Below, in pieces: positions 14,601 through 27,828 of a stretch of DNA of 64,000 bases. The position numbers and the translations under genes are program-made. Position 1 is the first letter of the stretch, and every line of letters begins with the position of its first letter. The stretch is from the human T2T-CHM13v2.0 reference genome, Homo sapiens. The notes under the pieces are model-generated. The model was not told the DNA's origin, ran no database searches, and saw only the letters and a program-made list of their open reading frames with translations. The stretch lies in assembly GCF_009914755.1 (NCBI RefSeq), contig NC_060935.1, one strand, 5' to 3'.

Positions 14601-15742
14601 CATGAAAACAGACAGATAGATTAATGAAACAGAATACAGAGCCCAGAAATAAATCTAGGCATATGTGGTAAACTAATCTTTGACCAAAGTGCCAGTACAA
14701 AATTGGGGGGGAAATCCCTTTAATAAGTAGTGTTGCAAAAACTGGATAGCCACATGCAAAAAATGAAATAGGACTCATACCATATACAAAAATTAACTCT
14801 AAATGGATTAAAGACTTAAATGTAAAATCTGAAACCATATAACTCCTGGAAGAAAACATAGGAGAAAAGCACTTTCACATTGCTGTTGGCATTATTTTTT
14901 TCGATAAGACATAAAAAGCCCATGACAACAATAACAAAAAGAAACAAGTGGAATTACTTCTTTGAAACTAAAAAACTTCTGTACAGCAAATGAAACAATC
15001 AACAACATGAAAAGACAATGTAGAGAATGGAAGAAAATATTTGCAAACTATATACCTGATAAGGAGTTTATATCCAAAGTATATAAGGTACTCACACAAC
15101 TCAATAGCAAAATAAATATGTAAACAACCTGATTTTAAAATGGTCAAGTTACCCGAATAGGCATTTCTCAAAAGAAGACATACAAATGGCCAATGGGTAT
15201 ATGAAGAGGTGCTCAACCTCACTAATTGCCAAATAAATGCAAATCAAAATCACAATGAGATATCACATCACACTTGTTAAAATGGCTACTAACAAAAAGA
15301 AAAGGATGTGTTGAAGTTTTGTGTGACAAAAATCCTTGTATACAGCTGATGGGACTATAAACTGGTACAAGCATTGTAAAAATGGTACAGAGCTTCCTCA
15401 AAAAGTTAAAAATAGAACTACCATATGATTCAGCATTCCCACTTCTGGGTGTATATCCAAAGGAAATGAAATCAGTATGTCGAATATATATCTGCACTCT
15501 CATCTGTAATGTTCATTGCAGCACTAGTCTCAATAGTCAAGATACGTAAACAAATGTTGGTCAGCAGATGAATGGATAAAGAAAACATGATATATATAGA
15601 CACTGGAATATTATTCAGCCATTAAAAATAAGGAAATCCTGCCATTTGCAACAGCATGGAGGAACCTGGAGAACACTGTGCTAAGTGAAATCAGCCAGAT
15701 GAAGAAAGAAATACTGCATGATCTCACTTGCATGTGGAATCT
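11680..15742 (+). mobile_element. L1MA/L1MB-type LINE-1 (inter-ORF region, decayed ORF2, part of 3'UTR)
   Basis: ORF fragments DLIDIYKTFYP..YTFF..FSGIDHML..SDHNG (endonuclease) and [13 protein letters not shown]. The 3'UTR GCTAAGTGAAATCAGCCAG..ATCTCACTT..GTGGAATCT ends abruptly. Confidence 0.88.
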
Positions 15743-15744
15743 CA

Positions 15745-16500
15745 GACTTATCCTATGGATACACCAACTCCACTCCTTTTGTTCCCTCTCCACGAGGAAG
15801 TGTTACGATTGTATACTTTCTCTCAAGCCTTAAAACCATGCTGGGTACTGAGAATCTCCCATTTATTTTTCCTAGGGCAGTGACATGAAGTGCTTAAAGT
15901 ATCTTCTCCCAACCCAGAGCAGTCTAGTTGGCTGTCTGTGTGTGTTTTTGGTGTATGAGCTGCAGAGGCTCTTGCAGGCACATCTATGGGGAGAGGGCAG
16001 GCAAAATACCAGACACAACCATGGTCTTGTTGTGGCCTCCACAGGTGATATGTCCTGGAAGGTTTGTGAGCAGCCTCTTGGTGGATTCTGCAGAGCAGCC
16101 AGTGGAAACAATAACGCTTTATGTACTGCACCCATGTTGCTGTGAGCCCCTGCCCCGAATTGTCCCAGGACTATTGAGTCATTCATTCAGTATTCTGGGT
16201 GAGGTGAGAAAGAAAAGAACCCCTTAGGCTGGAGAAGGTCTCACTTTCCCCTATGGGAGAAATCACTGGAGGTGCAGGTCTCTTTGACATTAAGCTGTGC
16301 TGCCTTGAGGGAGGCCAATGCTGGTAAAATGAAACCGCTTTTCTTATCCTCTTTAAAGTGTCTATGTTCAGATTCTTTTCTTCAGCAGGATGCTTGGACC
16401 TCTCTGCTGGCCTTCCGGGCTCCACAAAGGTGCTCTCATCTGTGAATGGTTGTCAGTCATTGTTTCTGTGGGGGCATGAGAACTGAAAGCTCCTGAACAC
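15745..16500 (-). mobile_element. Old L1M 5'UTR fragment (antisense)
   Basis: CTCACTTTCCCCTATGGGAGAAATCAC..GCTGTGCTGCCTTGAGGGAGG..CACAAAGGTGCTCTCATCTGTGAATGGTTGTC..TGTTTCTGTGGGGG matches a recalled reverse-strand L1M 5' end. Confidence 0.6.
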
Positions 16501-16792
16501 CACTGTGATTGATGGTGGTCATCTTTTCCCAGGTATATACCCTGGCTTCTATCCCGAAGATGTCTTCCACTGCAGGAAGGACACAAGGCTTCTTCATGTG
16601 AGCTTCCCACCTGACGAGCAGTTGTCATTTTCTATGGCACTCCCTCTTACATGTATCTACACCATGGGAACAACGGGTCTCAAAAGCAGGGGAAAGTGTC
16701 ATCTGTGTTCTATGGCATTGTGATTGATCTGCAGCCTGAGAGTCCAAGATGCGAGAGAAGCTCTAAAAGAAAAAGGAAAGAAGCAGTTCTAG
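16501..16792 (+). pseudogene. OR5AO1P: Olfactory receptor family 5 pseudogene fragment (TM5 to C-terminus)
   Basis: MVVIFSQVYTLASIPKMSSTAGRTQGFFM*ASHLT(frameshift)AVVIFYGTPSYMYLHHGNNGSQKQGKVSSVFYGIVI(PMLNP deleted)..SLRVQDAREALKEKGKKQF*. Not shown cleanly in the ORF track. The symbol is tentative, from recalled order. Confidence 0.85.
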
Positions 16793-16849
16793 ATTGGGCC
16801 TCAGTTTCTAATTCTCTGCACTTGTAGACAACCAGATTGATAGTGCCAA

Positions 16850-17234
16850 TTTTTTTTTTTATTATACTTTAAGTCCTGGGATACATGTGCAGAACGTGCA
16901 GGTTTGTTACATAGGTACACACAAGCCATGGTGGTTGGCTGTGCCCATCATCTACATTAGGTATTTCTCCTAATGCTATCCACACCCTAGCCCCCCACCC
17001 AACGACAGGCCTCGGTGTGTGATGTTCCCCTCTCTGTGTCTATGTGTTCTCATTGTTCAACTCCCACTTATGAGTGAAAACATGCAATGTTTGGTTTTCT
17101 GTTCGAGTGTTAGTTTGCTGAGAATGATAGTTTCCAGCTTCATCCATGTCCACGCAAAGGACATGAACTCGTCTTTTTTATGGCTGCATAGTATTCCATG
17201 GTGTATATGTGTCACATTTTCTTTATCCAGTCTA
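16850..17234 (-). mobile_element. L1PA7-like 3' end (antisense)
   Basis: Poly-T followed by ATTATACTTTAAGTCCTGGGATACATGTGCAGAACGTGCAGG... The reverse ORF reads EFMSFAWTWMKLETIILSKL. Confidence 0.92.
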
Positions 17235-18702
17235 GACTGCAAGACAATCCTAAGCAAAAAGAACAAAGCTGAAGGCATCACACTACCTGACTTCAAACAC
17301 TACCTGACTTCAAACTGACAATGCTACAAGGCTACAGTAACCAAAACAGTATGCTACTGGTACCAAAACACATATATAGACCAATGGAACAGAACAGAGC
17401 CCTCGGAAATACTGTCACACATCTACAACCATCTGATCTTTGACAAACTTGATAAAAAAAGCAATGGGGAAAGCAATTCCTATTTAATAAATGGTGTTGG
17501 GAAAACTGGCTAGCCATATGCAGAAAACTGAAACTGGACCCCTTCCTTACAACTTATACAAAAATTAACTCGAGATGGATTAAAGACTTAAATGTAAGAC
17601 CTAAAACCATAAAAACCTTGAAAGAAAACCTAGGCAATACGATTCAGGATATAGGCATGGGCAAAGACTTCATGACTAAAACACTGAAAGCAATGGCAAC
17701 AAAAGCCAAAACTGACCAATGGGATCTAATTAAACTAAAAAGCTTCTATCATCAGAGTGAACAGGCAACCTACAGAATGGGAGAAAAATTTTGCAATCTA
17801 TCCATCTGACAAAGGGCTAAGATCCAGAATCTACAAGTCACTTAAATTTACAAGAAAAAAAACAAACAACCCCATCAAAAAGCGGGGGAAAGATATGAAC
17901 AGACACTTCTCAAAAGAAGACATTTATGCAGCCAACAAACATATGAAAAAAGTTCATCATCACTGGTCATTACAGAAACGCAAATCAAAATCACAATGGA
18001 TGGCATTTCACTCCAGTTAGAATGGCGATCATCAAAAAGTCAGGAAACAACAGATACTGGAGAGGTGTGGAGAAATAGGAATTTCCCATTGTTGGTGGTA
18101 GTGTAAATTAGTTCAACCATTTTGGAAGACAGTGTGACAATTCCTCAAGGATCTAGAATCAGAAATACCATTTGACCCAGCAATCTCATTACTAGGTATA
18201 TACCCAAAGGATTATAGATCATTCTACTATAAAGACACATGCACACATAGGGTTATTGTGGCACTGTTCACAAAAGCAAAGACTTGGAACCAACCCAAAT
18301 GCCTATCAATGATAGACTGGATAAAGAAAATGTGGCACATATACACCATGGAATACTATGCAGCCATAAAAAAGGATGAGTTTGTGTCTTTTGCAGGGAC
18401 ATGGATGAAGTTGGAAACCATCATTCTCAGCAAACTAACACAAGAACAGAAAACCAAACACCACATGCTCTCACTCATAAGTGGAAGTTGAACATGAAAA
18501 CACATAGACACAGGGAGGGGGACATCACACACCGGGGCCTGTTGGGGGGTGGGGGGCTAGGGTAGGGATAGCATTAGGAGAAATACCTAATGTATATGAC
18601 AGATTAATGGGTGCAGCAAACCACCATGGCAAGTGTATGTAACAAACCTGCACATTCTGCACATGTATCCCAGAACTTAAAGTAAAATTTAAAGAAAAAA
18701 AA
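17235..18702 (+). mobile_element. L1PA7-like 5'-truncated element (ORF2 C-terminus plus 3'UTR)
   Basis: [20 protein letters not shown] and WIKKMWHIYTMEYYAAIKKDEF. Ends CCCAGAACTTAAAGT plus A-tail. Internal 17-bp tandem duplication CACTACCTGACTTCAAA at 17281-17314. Confidence 0.93.
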
Positions 18703-18877
18703 TTTTTAAGCCTTCAATCCTGAATTTCAGCCCTAAAACTTGATGGAAATAAAAGTCCCAGTCCCTAAGGCCACATATTTAAGGATCTTTATTATAGCAT
18801 CTTTTGGAAAGTCAAGACCTAGAAAGTGAATATCCCTCAACAGGGAAATAAATCTGTATTGTTGTAATCCCAAAATC

Positions 18878-19175
18878 TGTATCAGTTCTATCTATTGCTG
18901 CATAATAACATCCTCTGAAATGCTATAACCCCACTGTCAACCAAGACTGTGTCCTTATCTGAAGGATCAGCTGAGGGTAGATCTGCTTCCAAGCTCACTC
19001 ACTTTGTTGGCAGAATTCATGTCCTTGCAGGTGTAGAACTGGCTGTCTGTCAGCTGAAAGCTGGCTGTCAGCTGAAAGCTACTTTCTGATCTTAGAGGAA
19101 GTCCATAGTTCTTTGCCACATGGCCCTCTCCATTGTCATTCTCAGAACATGGCAGCTTACTCTTCAAAGTCAGGA
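18878..19175 (-). mobile_element. MaLR LTR fragment (MLT1D/E-like)
   Basis: TGTATCAGTT..ATTGCTGCATAA..ATCTGCTTCCAAGCTCACTCA..TGTTGGCAGAATTCA..GCCACATGGCCCTCTCCAT. Confidence 0.65.
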
Positions 19176-20101
19176 AGTCATATACTGTTAATCAGTACAT
19201 ACATCATGTGAAACAACACACCTCCACACACCCAAATCTCATTATTCCTTCAAGAGCTAGTCTCTCCCTGTAGTGTTCCCAAACCAGTGTTTGTTTCCTG
19301 CCAACCCTCTACTCCTGGAAGTAATTTCTTCTTCAACTGAATATCCATAGCCCTTCAACTATGTAAATAAATATTACTTATCACTATCTAAATTATTTAT
19401 TTACATACCAGAGCTTCCCTACCATCTATAAGGAAGTTGACATACATTTTCTTTCTATAACCTTTTAACATCTGGTATGGAGGCTTAGACACAGTTGATA
19501 GTCCATAAATATTGAATGCATGAATGATGATAAAAAGTAATAATATGGGCAGCTTCCTAACTAGAAGTTAAGTGAATGTGTAGCATACATTAGTTGTCTT
19601 TAAATACCAATCTGTAGACAACAGCATTCAAATGACCTAGCAGTTTTTTAAAGTGTATATAACTACAGCCCAGCCCTGCAGATGTTGATTCAGCAATATT
19701 GGATGGAACCCAATATCTATACATATATATATATACAGAATGTTGTTTTAAACACATGTATCACTGTATGGTAGTATAGTGAACAGGATTTAGAACTCTT
19801 TGACTCTGGTTCACATCCCAACTCTGCCACTCACCAGCAGTGTCTCTTTACAAGTTAAATGAGCTTTTATGCCTGGTTTTTCTTTATATATGTTTCATGG
19901 GGTGCTCTAATTTGTTTATTTGCTTGTTTGTTAGGAATAGATAAGATAATGTATAGAAATCATACAGCCTCATAATGTAATATATAAAATAATACACAGA
20001 AATTATAAACCCTCAATAAATGTTAATAGTAATGAGTATTAGAAAAGATTATTTTAACATGGGTGTGACAGCCATTACAACAACACTTCAATGCACACGC
20101 T

Positions 20102-20103
<2 letters not shown>

Positions 20104-20140
<37 letters not shown>
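20104..20140. repeat. (CA)n microsatellite
   Basis: Directly visible. Confidence 0.95.
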
Positions 20141-20142
<2 letters not shown>

Positions 20143-20488
20143 AGTCAAGAATCAATAAGAGTTGCCAAAGGTTTGCAACATGAACACTTTTCCCCTCTGG
20201 GAAACTCCTCTCTCCTTCAGTAGAAATCTAACTAATGAAAACATTCATTTTTTTGTTTGTTTGTTTGTTTGTTTTGTGTGTGTGGTTTTTTTTTTTTACC
20301 TAGAGCCACAGATGCTGAAGGGAGCAGGTCCTGATCCCAAAGGCCTCCACTATAAATTTTCTGTGAGAATCTGTGGAGAAATCTTTTAGTGGACAATCTG
20401 CCTGAAACAGCATAGAAAAAAATCTAAAGGCAAATCTCCTGGAAAAAAATTAAATTTTTCCTATTGAACTGTGCATTATTTTAGCATA

Positions 20489-20774
20489 TGTATTAGTTTG
20501 TTCTCACACTGCTATAAAGAACTACCTGAGACTGGGTAATTTATGAAGCAAGCACGTTTTACCATGACAGAGCAGGAGAGGGAGAGAGTAAAGGGGGAAG
20601 TGCCACACACTTTCAAAAAACCAAATATCATGAGAACTCACTCACTATCACAAGAATAGCAGAGGAAAGTCCGCCCTCATGTTTCAGTCGTCTCCTGCCA
20701 GGCCCCTTCCCTGACATGTGGGGACTGCAATTCCAGATGAGATTTGAGTGGGGACGCAGAGCCAAACTCTATCA
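20489..20774 (-). mobile_element. MSTA-like MaLR solo LTR with internal deletion
   Basis: TGTATTAGTTTGTTCTCACACTGCTATAAAGAACTACCTGAGACTGGGTAATTTATGAAG..GAGAACTCACTCACTATCAC..GATGAGATTTGAGTGGGGAC..CAAACTCTATCA. 5-bp TSD-like GCATA/ACATA. Confidence 0.85.
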
Positions 20775-20994
20775 ACATATGAGGACCAAAGTAAAATCTA
20801 TAGAATTAGAGCCAGTATGTCATACGATTAACTCCAAAGTTGGGTAGAGTCATCTTATCTTTGGCAAAGTAAAAATGTAAGTGAAGAGAGGAGGCTATCA
20901 ACAGTATTGAGAAATTAGAAAATGGCCCTGAAGATAGCAGCTGATATATTAGCCATAAAGTTCCCAATTGAATATAAACAATCTTTACAGGATA

Positions 20995-21460
20995 TGAGCA
21001 AAAATTAGACAAGGCCACTCTATGACTGAAATGGAACAAGACAGAGAAAAGGCCATTCTGTGACTATGTTTCTGTGATTATGTCTGAAACATAATCACAA
21101 GACAAGAACTCTTGGCACCCACAAAAATGGCTAAATACTCTGCTCTTCTAACTAATCTGAGTAAATACTCCTTCTTTACCTACTTTAATCTTCCTTCCTC
21201 TTAGATATAAATTACCAACATAGCTAATCACCAATTCTTTTGCTAACACTCATCTCAGAATTTAGGAGGCATCCACTCCCTAAATCCTTCTTAGAATCAC
21301 CCAGCACAAAACTAAATCCTATAATAGGGCTTCTCGGTTCCCTCTTATCCAACACTCTGCTCCCTCTGGTGCATGCTCACTCTTGCTGCGGCACACGAAA
21401 TAAGCCTACCTTTCTTCTGCATGTGAGTTCCTGATGCTTGTTGGCTCTCGGGCATTGACA
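20995..21460 (+). mobile_element. ERV1-class solo LTR (MER67-like)
   Basis: TG...CA termini, AGACAAGGCCACTCTATGAC, TATA-like AAATCCTATAATA, and ending GGGCATTGACA. Confidence 0.6.
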
Positions 21461-22831
21461 GTATAAATTGTGCCAGGCATATCTCTTACCTCTCTTGAAC
21501 ATTGCTTCTTTTTATTATTCATTTTTCTTGAGAAATTAATTTGTATGTGTCTACTACTGTTTAAATACATCTGTTTTTAAAGTTGAAAATGTACTATTCA
21601 AGTTATTTTCCCCACTTACTTAAAATTGCATATATGCTTCCAGATGGTGTTTTCCTTACATACACACACACACACATACACACACACACTCAGGATTTTT
21701 AAAGTTAAAATCAGTTCACACCCCACATTTTTCTGTAAAGTATTTTATTCACCTAACACTGTGTTATTAACTTTTTTCATAAGAATACATATAGATCTAT
21801 CTCATTATTTTTAGGTGTTTCATAGAAATGCAAATTATACATTAGTTCTGATTTATCCTCTCACTTCCTTATCTATTTTCAATATTTTGCTATAAATAGA
21901 AATACTACATAGAAACCCCTGTGTTTTAAGTAAATTCTTTCAATCTCGTTTTATCAAAGATTAGACAGAGGTTAAGGGACATTACATTTTTTTTTGCCCA
22001 AGATCATATGTCTATTAAGTGGTAGTTCCCAGATTTAAACCTAGATCTTTCTAACTTTAAAGACTATTTACTTTTCATTTCAGGTAGTATAAAATAAAGC
22101 TTCAAAGGGTGTGAATATGCTATAGTTTGGGCAATTTCAAAACACTTATATTCATCCAATTGAAAACCACTTCCAGAACTTCTACTTCTGGCCAAGATAA
22201 AGTAATAGAAACGGGATTTACCTTCTGACCTAAAATACACAAAGTTGGACAAAATATATGAAATAAATAGTTTCATAATTCTTAAGGCACTTTCATCAAG
22301 CAATAAAGGACAACGATCCCAGAAAGTCAAGAAACCAATGAGCTCTAAAATTTCCCCAGCTTATTTCCTTAAGAAAGTTTCCAGGCCACAGTACAGAGAT
22401 AGAATGTACATGAAGAGTTTAGTGGACTTCCTAAAGGAGATGGAGCTGAAAGTCTGAAAAGACCAAGGCAACTAGAGTTTACAGGACAAAATACTGGAGA
22501 AAATGAGCTGAACAGAGAGAGAACCCCTAGAGCTGCAGAAAATACCCTTTAATTATTTAGCTGAGTGCTGGTCAGTACAAACATGTAAGAAACACCTAGA
22601 GACAAGGGAATAAAACACCAAAATGATTAAAGGTAACAGTGCTCAATGCTCATACAAGGCTGGAAATTGTGCCTGTTCTCGCCAGACAGACTGAGAAATC
22701 TCAAGATTCATGATGTTCTGGGTGGAGCAGACAGAAAGGACTTGCTTCAGGTCAGAAATAATTAGCTCTAGACTGAGCTGTGCTTCAGTTCAAACTAACA
22801 AATCTACAAAGCAAGACTCAAAAGATCATAT

Positions 22832-23459
<628 letters not shown>

Positions 23460-23743
23460 AGTTTCCAAGTATCTTAACTGTGCTACAGAACAAAGCTCAA
23501 GAATATGTATAAAAATACAAAACATCTAGCACCAAGCATAGTAATATTCATAATGTCTGGCATTCAATCAAAAATTCTCCAAGCATGCAAAAAGCAGGAA
23601 CATATGACCATAATAAGAATAATTTGTAATAAAAACTGACCAAGAACTGCCAAAGATGTTAGAATTAGCAAACAAGAGCACTAAAACAATTATAACTGAA
23701 CTCCATATGTTCAAAGAAGATAAGAAGCAATATGAAAGATTCA

Positions 23744-24086
<343 letters not shown>

Positions 24087-24836
24087 CTATAGATTAGACG
24101 TAATGCAAAATAAATAATTAGTAAACATTAAGACAGAGAGAAAAGGTATGCAAAATGAGAAAAAAATCAAAAAGATAAATGAACAGGGCATCAGTCAGCT
24201 GTGGAACACCTTCATGCAGCTGTATATATGTGTAATTGGAGTCACTGAAGGAGAAGAGAAACAGAGTTGATACTGAAGAGCATTTTTTAAATAATGATTA
24301 AAATTTTGTTAATTTTATGAAAACTATTATATAAACCCACCAATTCAGGAATCTCAAGAAACCCCAAGCACAAGTAACATGGAAAATCCACACCAAGATA
24401 TATCATAATAAAATTGCTAAAAAACAAGAATAGAGGGAAAATCTTAACTGCATCCAAAGAAAAAAAGGCCATTATGAATAGCAGAGCAAAAGTACAAATA
24501 AAAGTAGATTGCTTGTCAGAAACAATGCAAGTGAAAAGACAGTGGAGAAATGTCTTAAAATACTGAAAGAAAAAAAATTATTTTATCATAGACTAAATAA
24601 TTTTATATCTATTATTTTCTTAATACATACACACACCATGCACACACACTTCTGACCACAATGCACGTGGAAAGTACCCATATGTAATGTTGAATCACTT
24701 TTCAGCCTTTTATTTAATTTGTTCCCTGGGTGACTTAATTTCAGAATTGTTAAAGGCTAATTAAGATGATTAACAATGTTCATGCCATTATCTCACCATG
24801 ATTAAAGCAGGTTTAGGCATTCTTACATACCTTCTT

Positions 24837-24987
24837 TCTTTTTCTTTCTTTCTTTTTTTTTTTTTTAATTAGAGACAGGGTTTCACCACATTGGCCAGGC
24901 TGGTCTTGAACTCCTGACCTCAGGCGATCTGCCTGCCTCAGCCTCCCAAAGCGCTAGGATTACAGGCATAAGCCACCACGCCTGGCC
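24837..24987 (-). mobile_element. Alu left monomer with its own tail and TSD
   Basis: T-rich tail, then AGAGACAGGGTTTCACC..CTGACCTCAGGCGATC..CGCCTGGCC. TSD CTTACATACCTTCTT / CCTGCATACCTTCTT. Confidence 0.85.
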
Positions 24988-25361
24988 CCTGCATACCTTC
25001 TTGCTCTGCTCCCCACTAGATTTAAAATTACTTGAAGGAAAAGATCAAATCTTATTAATTTATATTACAAACTTTCCTCAAGGAAACATCTTGCATAAAA
25101 TTTGACTTGAAGTGAAATTGTCATTTATTCTTCTAAAGGGCTACTTGGTTGTGAGTATCTACATATCAAGGAAAGAACCAGAGATGTCAATACATTATAA
25201 CTCATAGCCTAGTTTGCATTATGCCTCACATACCAAAGTCATATCCTGATTTTGGCTTAATTAGAGAAAATCAGCTTTATTGAAGTTACTGATGTTAACA
25301 AAGATAGGACATCTAATGATTCCTCAAGTGGATATATTGTTTTCTTATCTACAGGTGACTT

Positions 25362-25519
25362 CTTTATTTAAGAGTCAGGGTCCCCTCTGTTGCCCAGGCT
25401 GGAGTACAGTGGTGCAATCATGGCTCACTGCAGCATTGAACTCCTGGCCTCAAGCTGTCTTTCCACCTCAGCCTCCTGAGTTACTGGGATTACAGGCTTG
25501 AGATATGACAATCGGTTTG
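25362..25519 (-). mobile_element. Free Alu monomer (FAM/FRAM-like)
   Basis: TGTTGCCCAGGCTGGAGTACAGTGG..CTCCTGGCCTCAAGC..GGATTACAGG, flanked by CAGGTGACTT / CAAGTGACTT. Confidence 0.75.
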
Positions 25520-25944
25520 CAAGTGACTTTTTAAACTGCCCACCGACACCCTAAAGCTATTGGTCAGAGCCAGACAGGTAAGAGGCTACGAGTGTGATCA
25601 CTTTCAGAAGCTTAGCAGTTTCTATACTAGCACATGAGGATTTAAACCATCATGAAAATAATAAAGATTTCTTAACAGCCCAACTTTGGACTTTGCCAGT
25701 TCCTAGAACTATCAAAAATGTTGCTTGTGTGATGTCATTTTCCCTTAGAATTTGCTCATTATTTCCTCTCATTTCTTACCTATCACAGGTTTAACTTTCT
25801 TTCTCGGTAAAGACTCTTTTTTCTTCGGTAAAAATGAGTAACATCTGTACCTACAACTGCAGGAATCTACAGTGGCAGTATTTTTCAATATTTCTCCTTT
25901 CTAGTAGGTGGCACAAGAATCAAAATAACTTTAAAAGCATATTA

Positions 25945-26150
25945 TGAGAACATTTAAAATCCTCTCTTTTAGCCATTTTAAGAGGATTTTAAATGTTCTC
26001 ACCACAAAGAAATGATAAATATTTGGGGCAATGAATATGCTAGTTACCCTGATTTGATCATTCCACAATATACACATGTATCAAAACATCACACTGTACA
26101 CCATAAATGTCTACAATTATTATGTGTCAATTAAAAATAAAATAAACTTT
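25945..26150 (+). mobile_element. Short L1MA 3' end with an inverted 5' piece
   Basis: AGAGGATTTTAAATGTTCTCACCACAAAGAAATGATAA..TACCCTGATTTGATCATT..GTCAATTAAAAATAAAA. 25945-25979 is reverse-complement L1. Confidence 0.8.
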
Positions 26151-27544
26151 TTAAGAAATATATTTTGGAACATATTACTTCATTTATCTAGTCCCTGACT
26201 TGTTCCCACAAAAAGCCTAAAGCATATTATCAGCTCTCTAAATACATTTTCAATTTTGAGAAACTTTAACCCACTGTAATACAAAGCAGTTTTCATGAGA
26301 TGCCAGTCTGTAGAAGTTATTTTAATGTAGAATGACTCATTTAATAAATGAACATATGCTTTCTATTTGAGGCAAATTATTCTGCAAAACTGCATCATAG
26401 ATGATCAGAAATTGAGATAGCTTCAGTCTAGACTAGCACCATAATCCAGTGATTTCATTTAAAAAGAAAAATGAATGGTGAGGAATGTGCCTCCCTGATC
26501 CTAGTGAGTTTTCAGATTCTCTAGTATATAGTAAACATACAAGAAAGCAGAGAAATTCATAGGGAAAAAAATGGGGACTTTGCCCTAAGAATTGTCAAGG
26601 GGAAGCTGGAGAGAATCAAACATTAGGGAAAATCTCCTGCGAAATGATTTGATAGAAGAATCCCTGACTCATCACAGCATCATTCCATGGACAAAGACCA
26701 TAGGTGTTCTTCTTTCATGTAAGGAAGTTTATTATAGGCCTGGAGAAATAATCGGGGTATTATTAGCTAACATTAGGATAGGCGTTCTAAGTGCCAACAC
26801 ATAGAATATGTGTTATTTCATTGAACTTTGACAAATTATCTCTATTTCAGATTATGAAAAATCTGTGATCCCTATTTGCAGATTATGAAACTCAGAGCAG
26901 TTAAACAACCTGCTCAAGCCACATAATCAAGTGGTAAAACCAGGATTTTAATTTAATTCCAGAGCTTGCACTCTTGGCCAAACAATACACATTATTTTTA
27001 GTTAAGGTAAAAAAAAACTAGAATATTTTTCTCTCAACAGCATATCACTTTTTCCCCACACTTTCTGTAAATAATAACAAATTTCTATAAATAATAAATA
27101 ATAATTTCTAGGTATAATTTAATTTACATAGTGAAACAAGCCATTCTTAGGTATATTCCTTAGTTCTGTCTTCGAAAGTCTGTATCCTGTTAGCAGCTGG
27201 CGTAGTTGGTGGGATACTTAGCAGAAGGATTGTATGTGTGTCCTACTGTTTCACTGTCCTCCTCCAGGTCCAATGCCATCAATCACTTTTTCTGTAATAA
27301 ATCCCTAGGGCTTGGTCTTTCATGCTACAACATTTATATCAGCACAGCAGTCCCTGCCTTTGCGGAGTTTGAGTGCTGCATTCATTGCCATATTTGGTCA
27401 TCATGTTCTCCTGGACATATATCCTGGTTGCTATCAAGAGGATGTCCTCAGTGGGGAGAAAAGAATTGTCTATTTGTGTCTCCCACCTGAAAACTAGCAC
27501 CATTTTTCATACAGCCCTCTTTTATGTGTACTTACAGCCTGATT

Positions 27545-27828
27545 TTTTTCTTTTTTAATTTTTAAATTCTTTATTTTGAGACCGTGTCCCTCTCTATTGC
27601 CCAGGCTAGAGTGCAGTATCACTATCATAGCTCACTGCAGCCTCAAACCTCCGGGCTTAAGCAATCCTCCTCCCTCAGCCTCCTGAGTATCTCCCAGATA
27701 ATTTTGTTTTCAGAGACAGGATCTCACTATGTTGCCCAGGCTGGTCTTGAACTACTGGCTTCAAGCAGTTCTCCCACCTCAGCCTCCCAAAGTGCTGAGA
27801 TTGCAAGCATTAGCCACCATGTCCAGAC
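27545..27828 (-). mobile_element. AluJo-like, internally deleted
   Basis: CATAGCTCACTGCAGCCTCAAACCTCCGGGCTTAAGCAATCCTCC and CACTATGTTGCCCAGGCTGGTCTTGAACT. Confidence 0.88.

Noticed and set aside
18534-18568. G-quadruplex-like G-runs (also near 40196-40230)
   Set aside because: Standard L1 3'UTR G-rich tract; not locus-specific.
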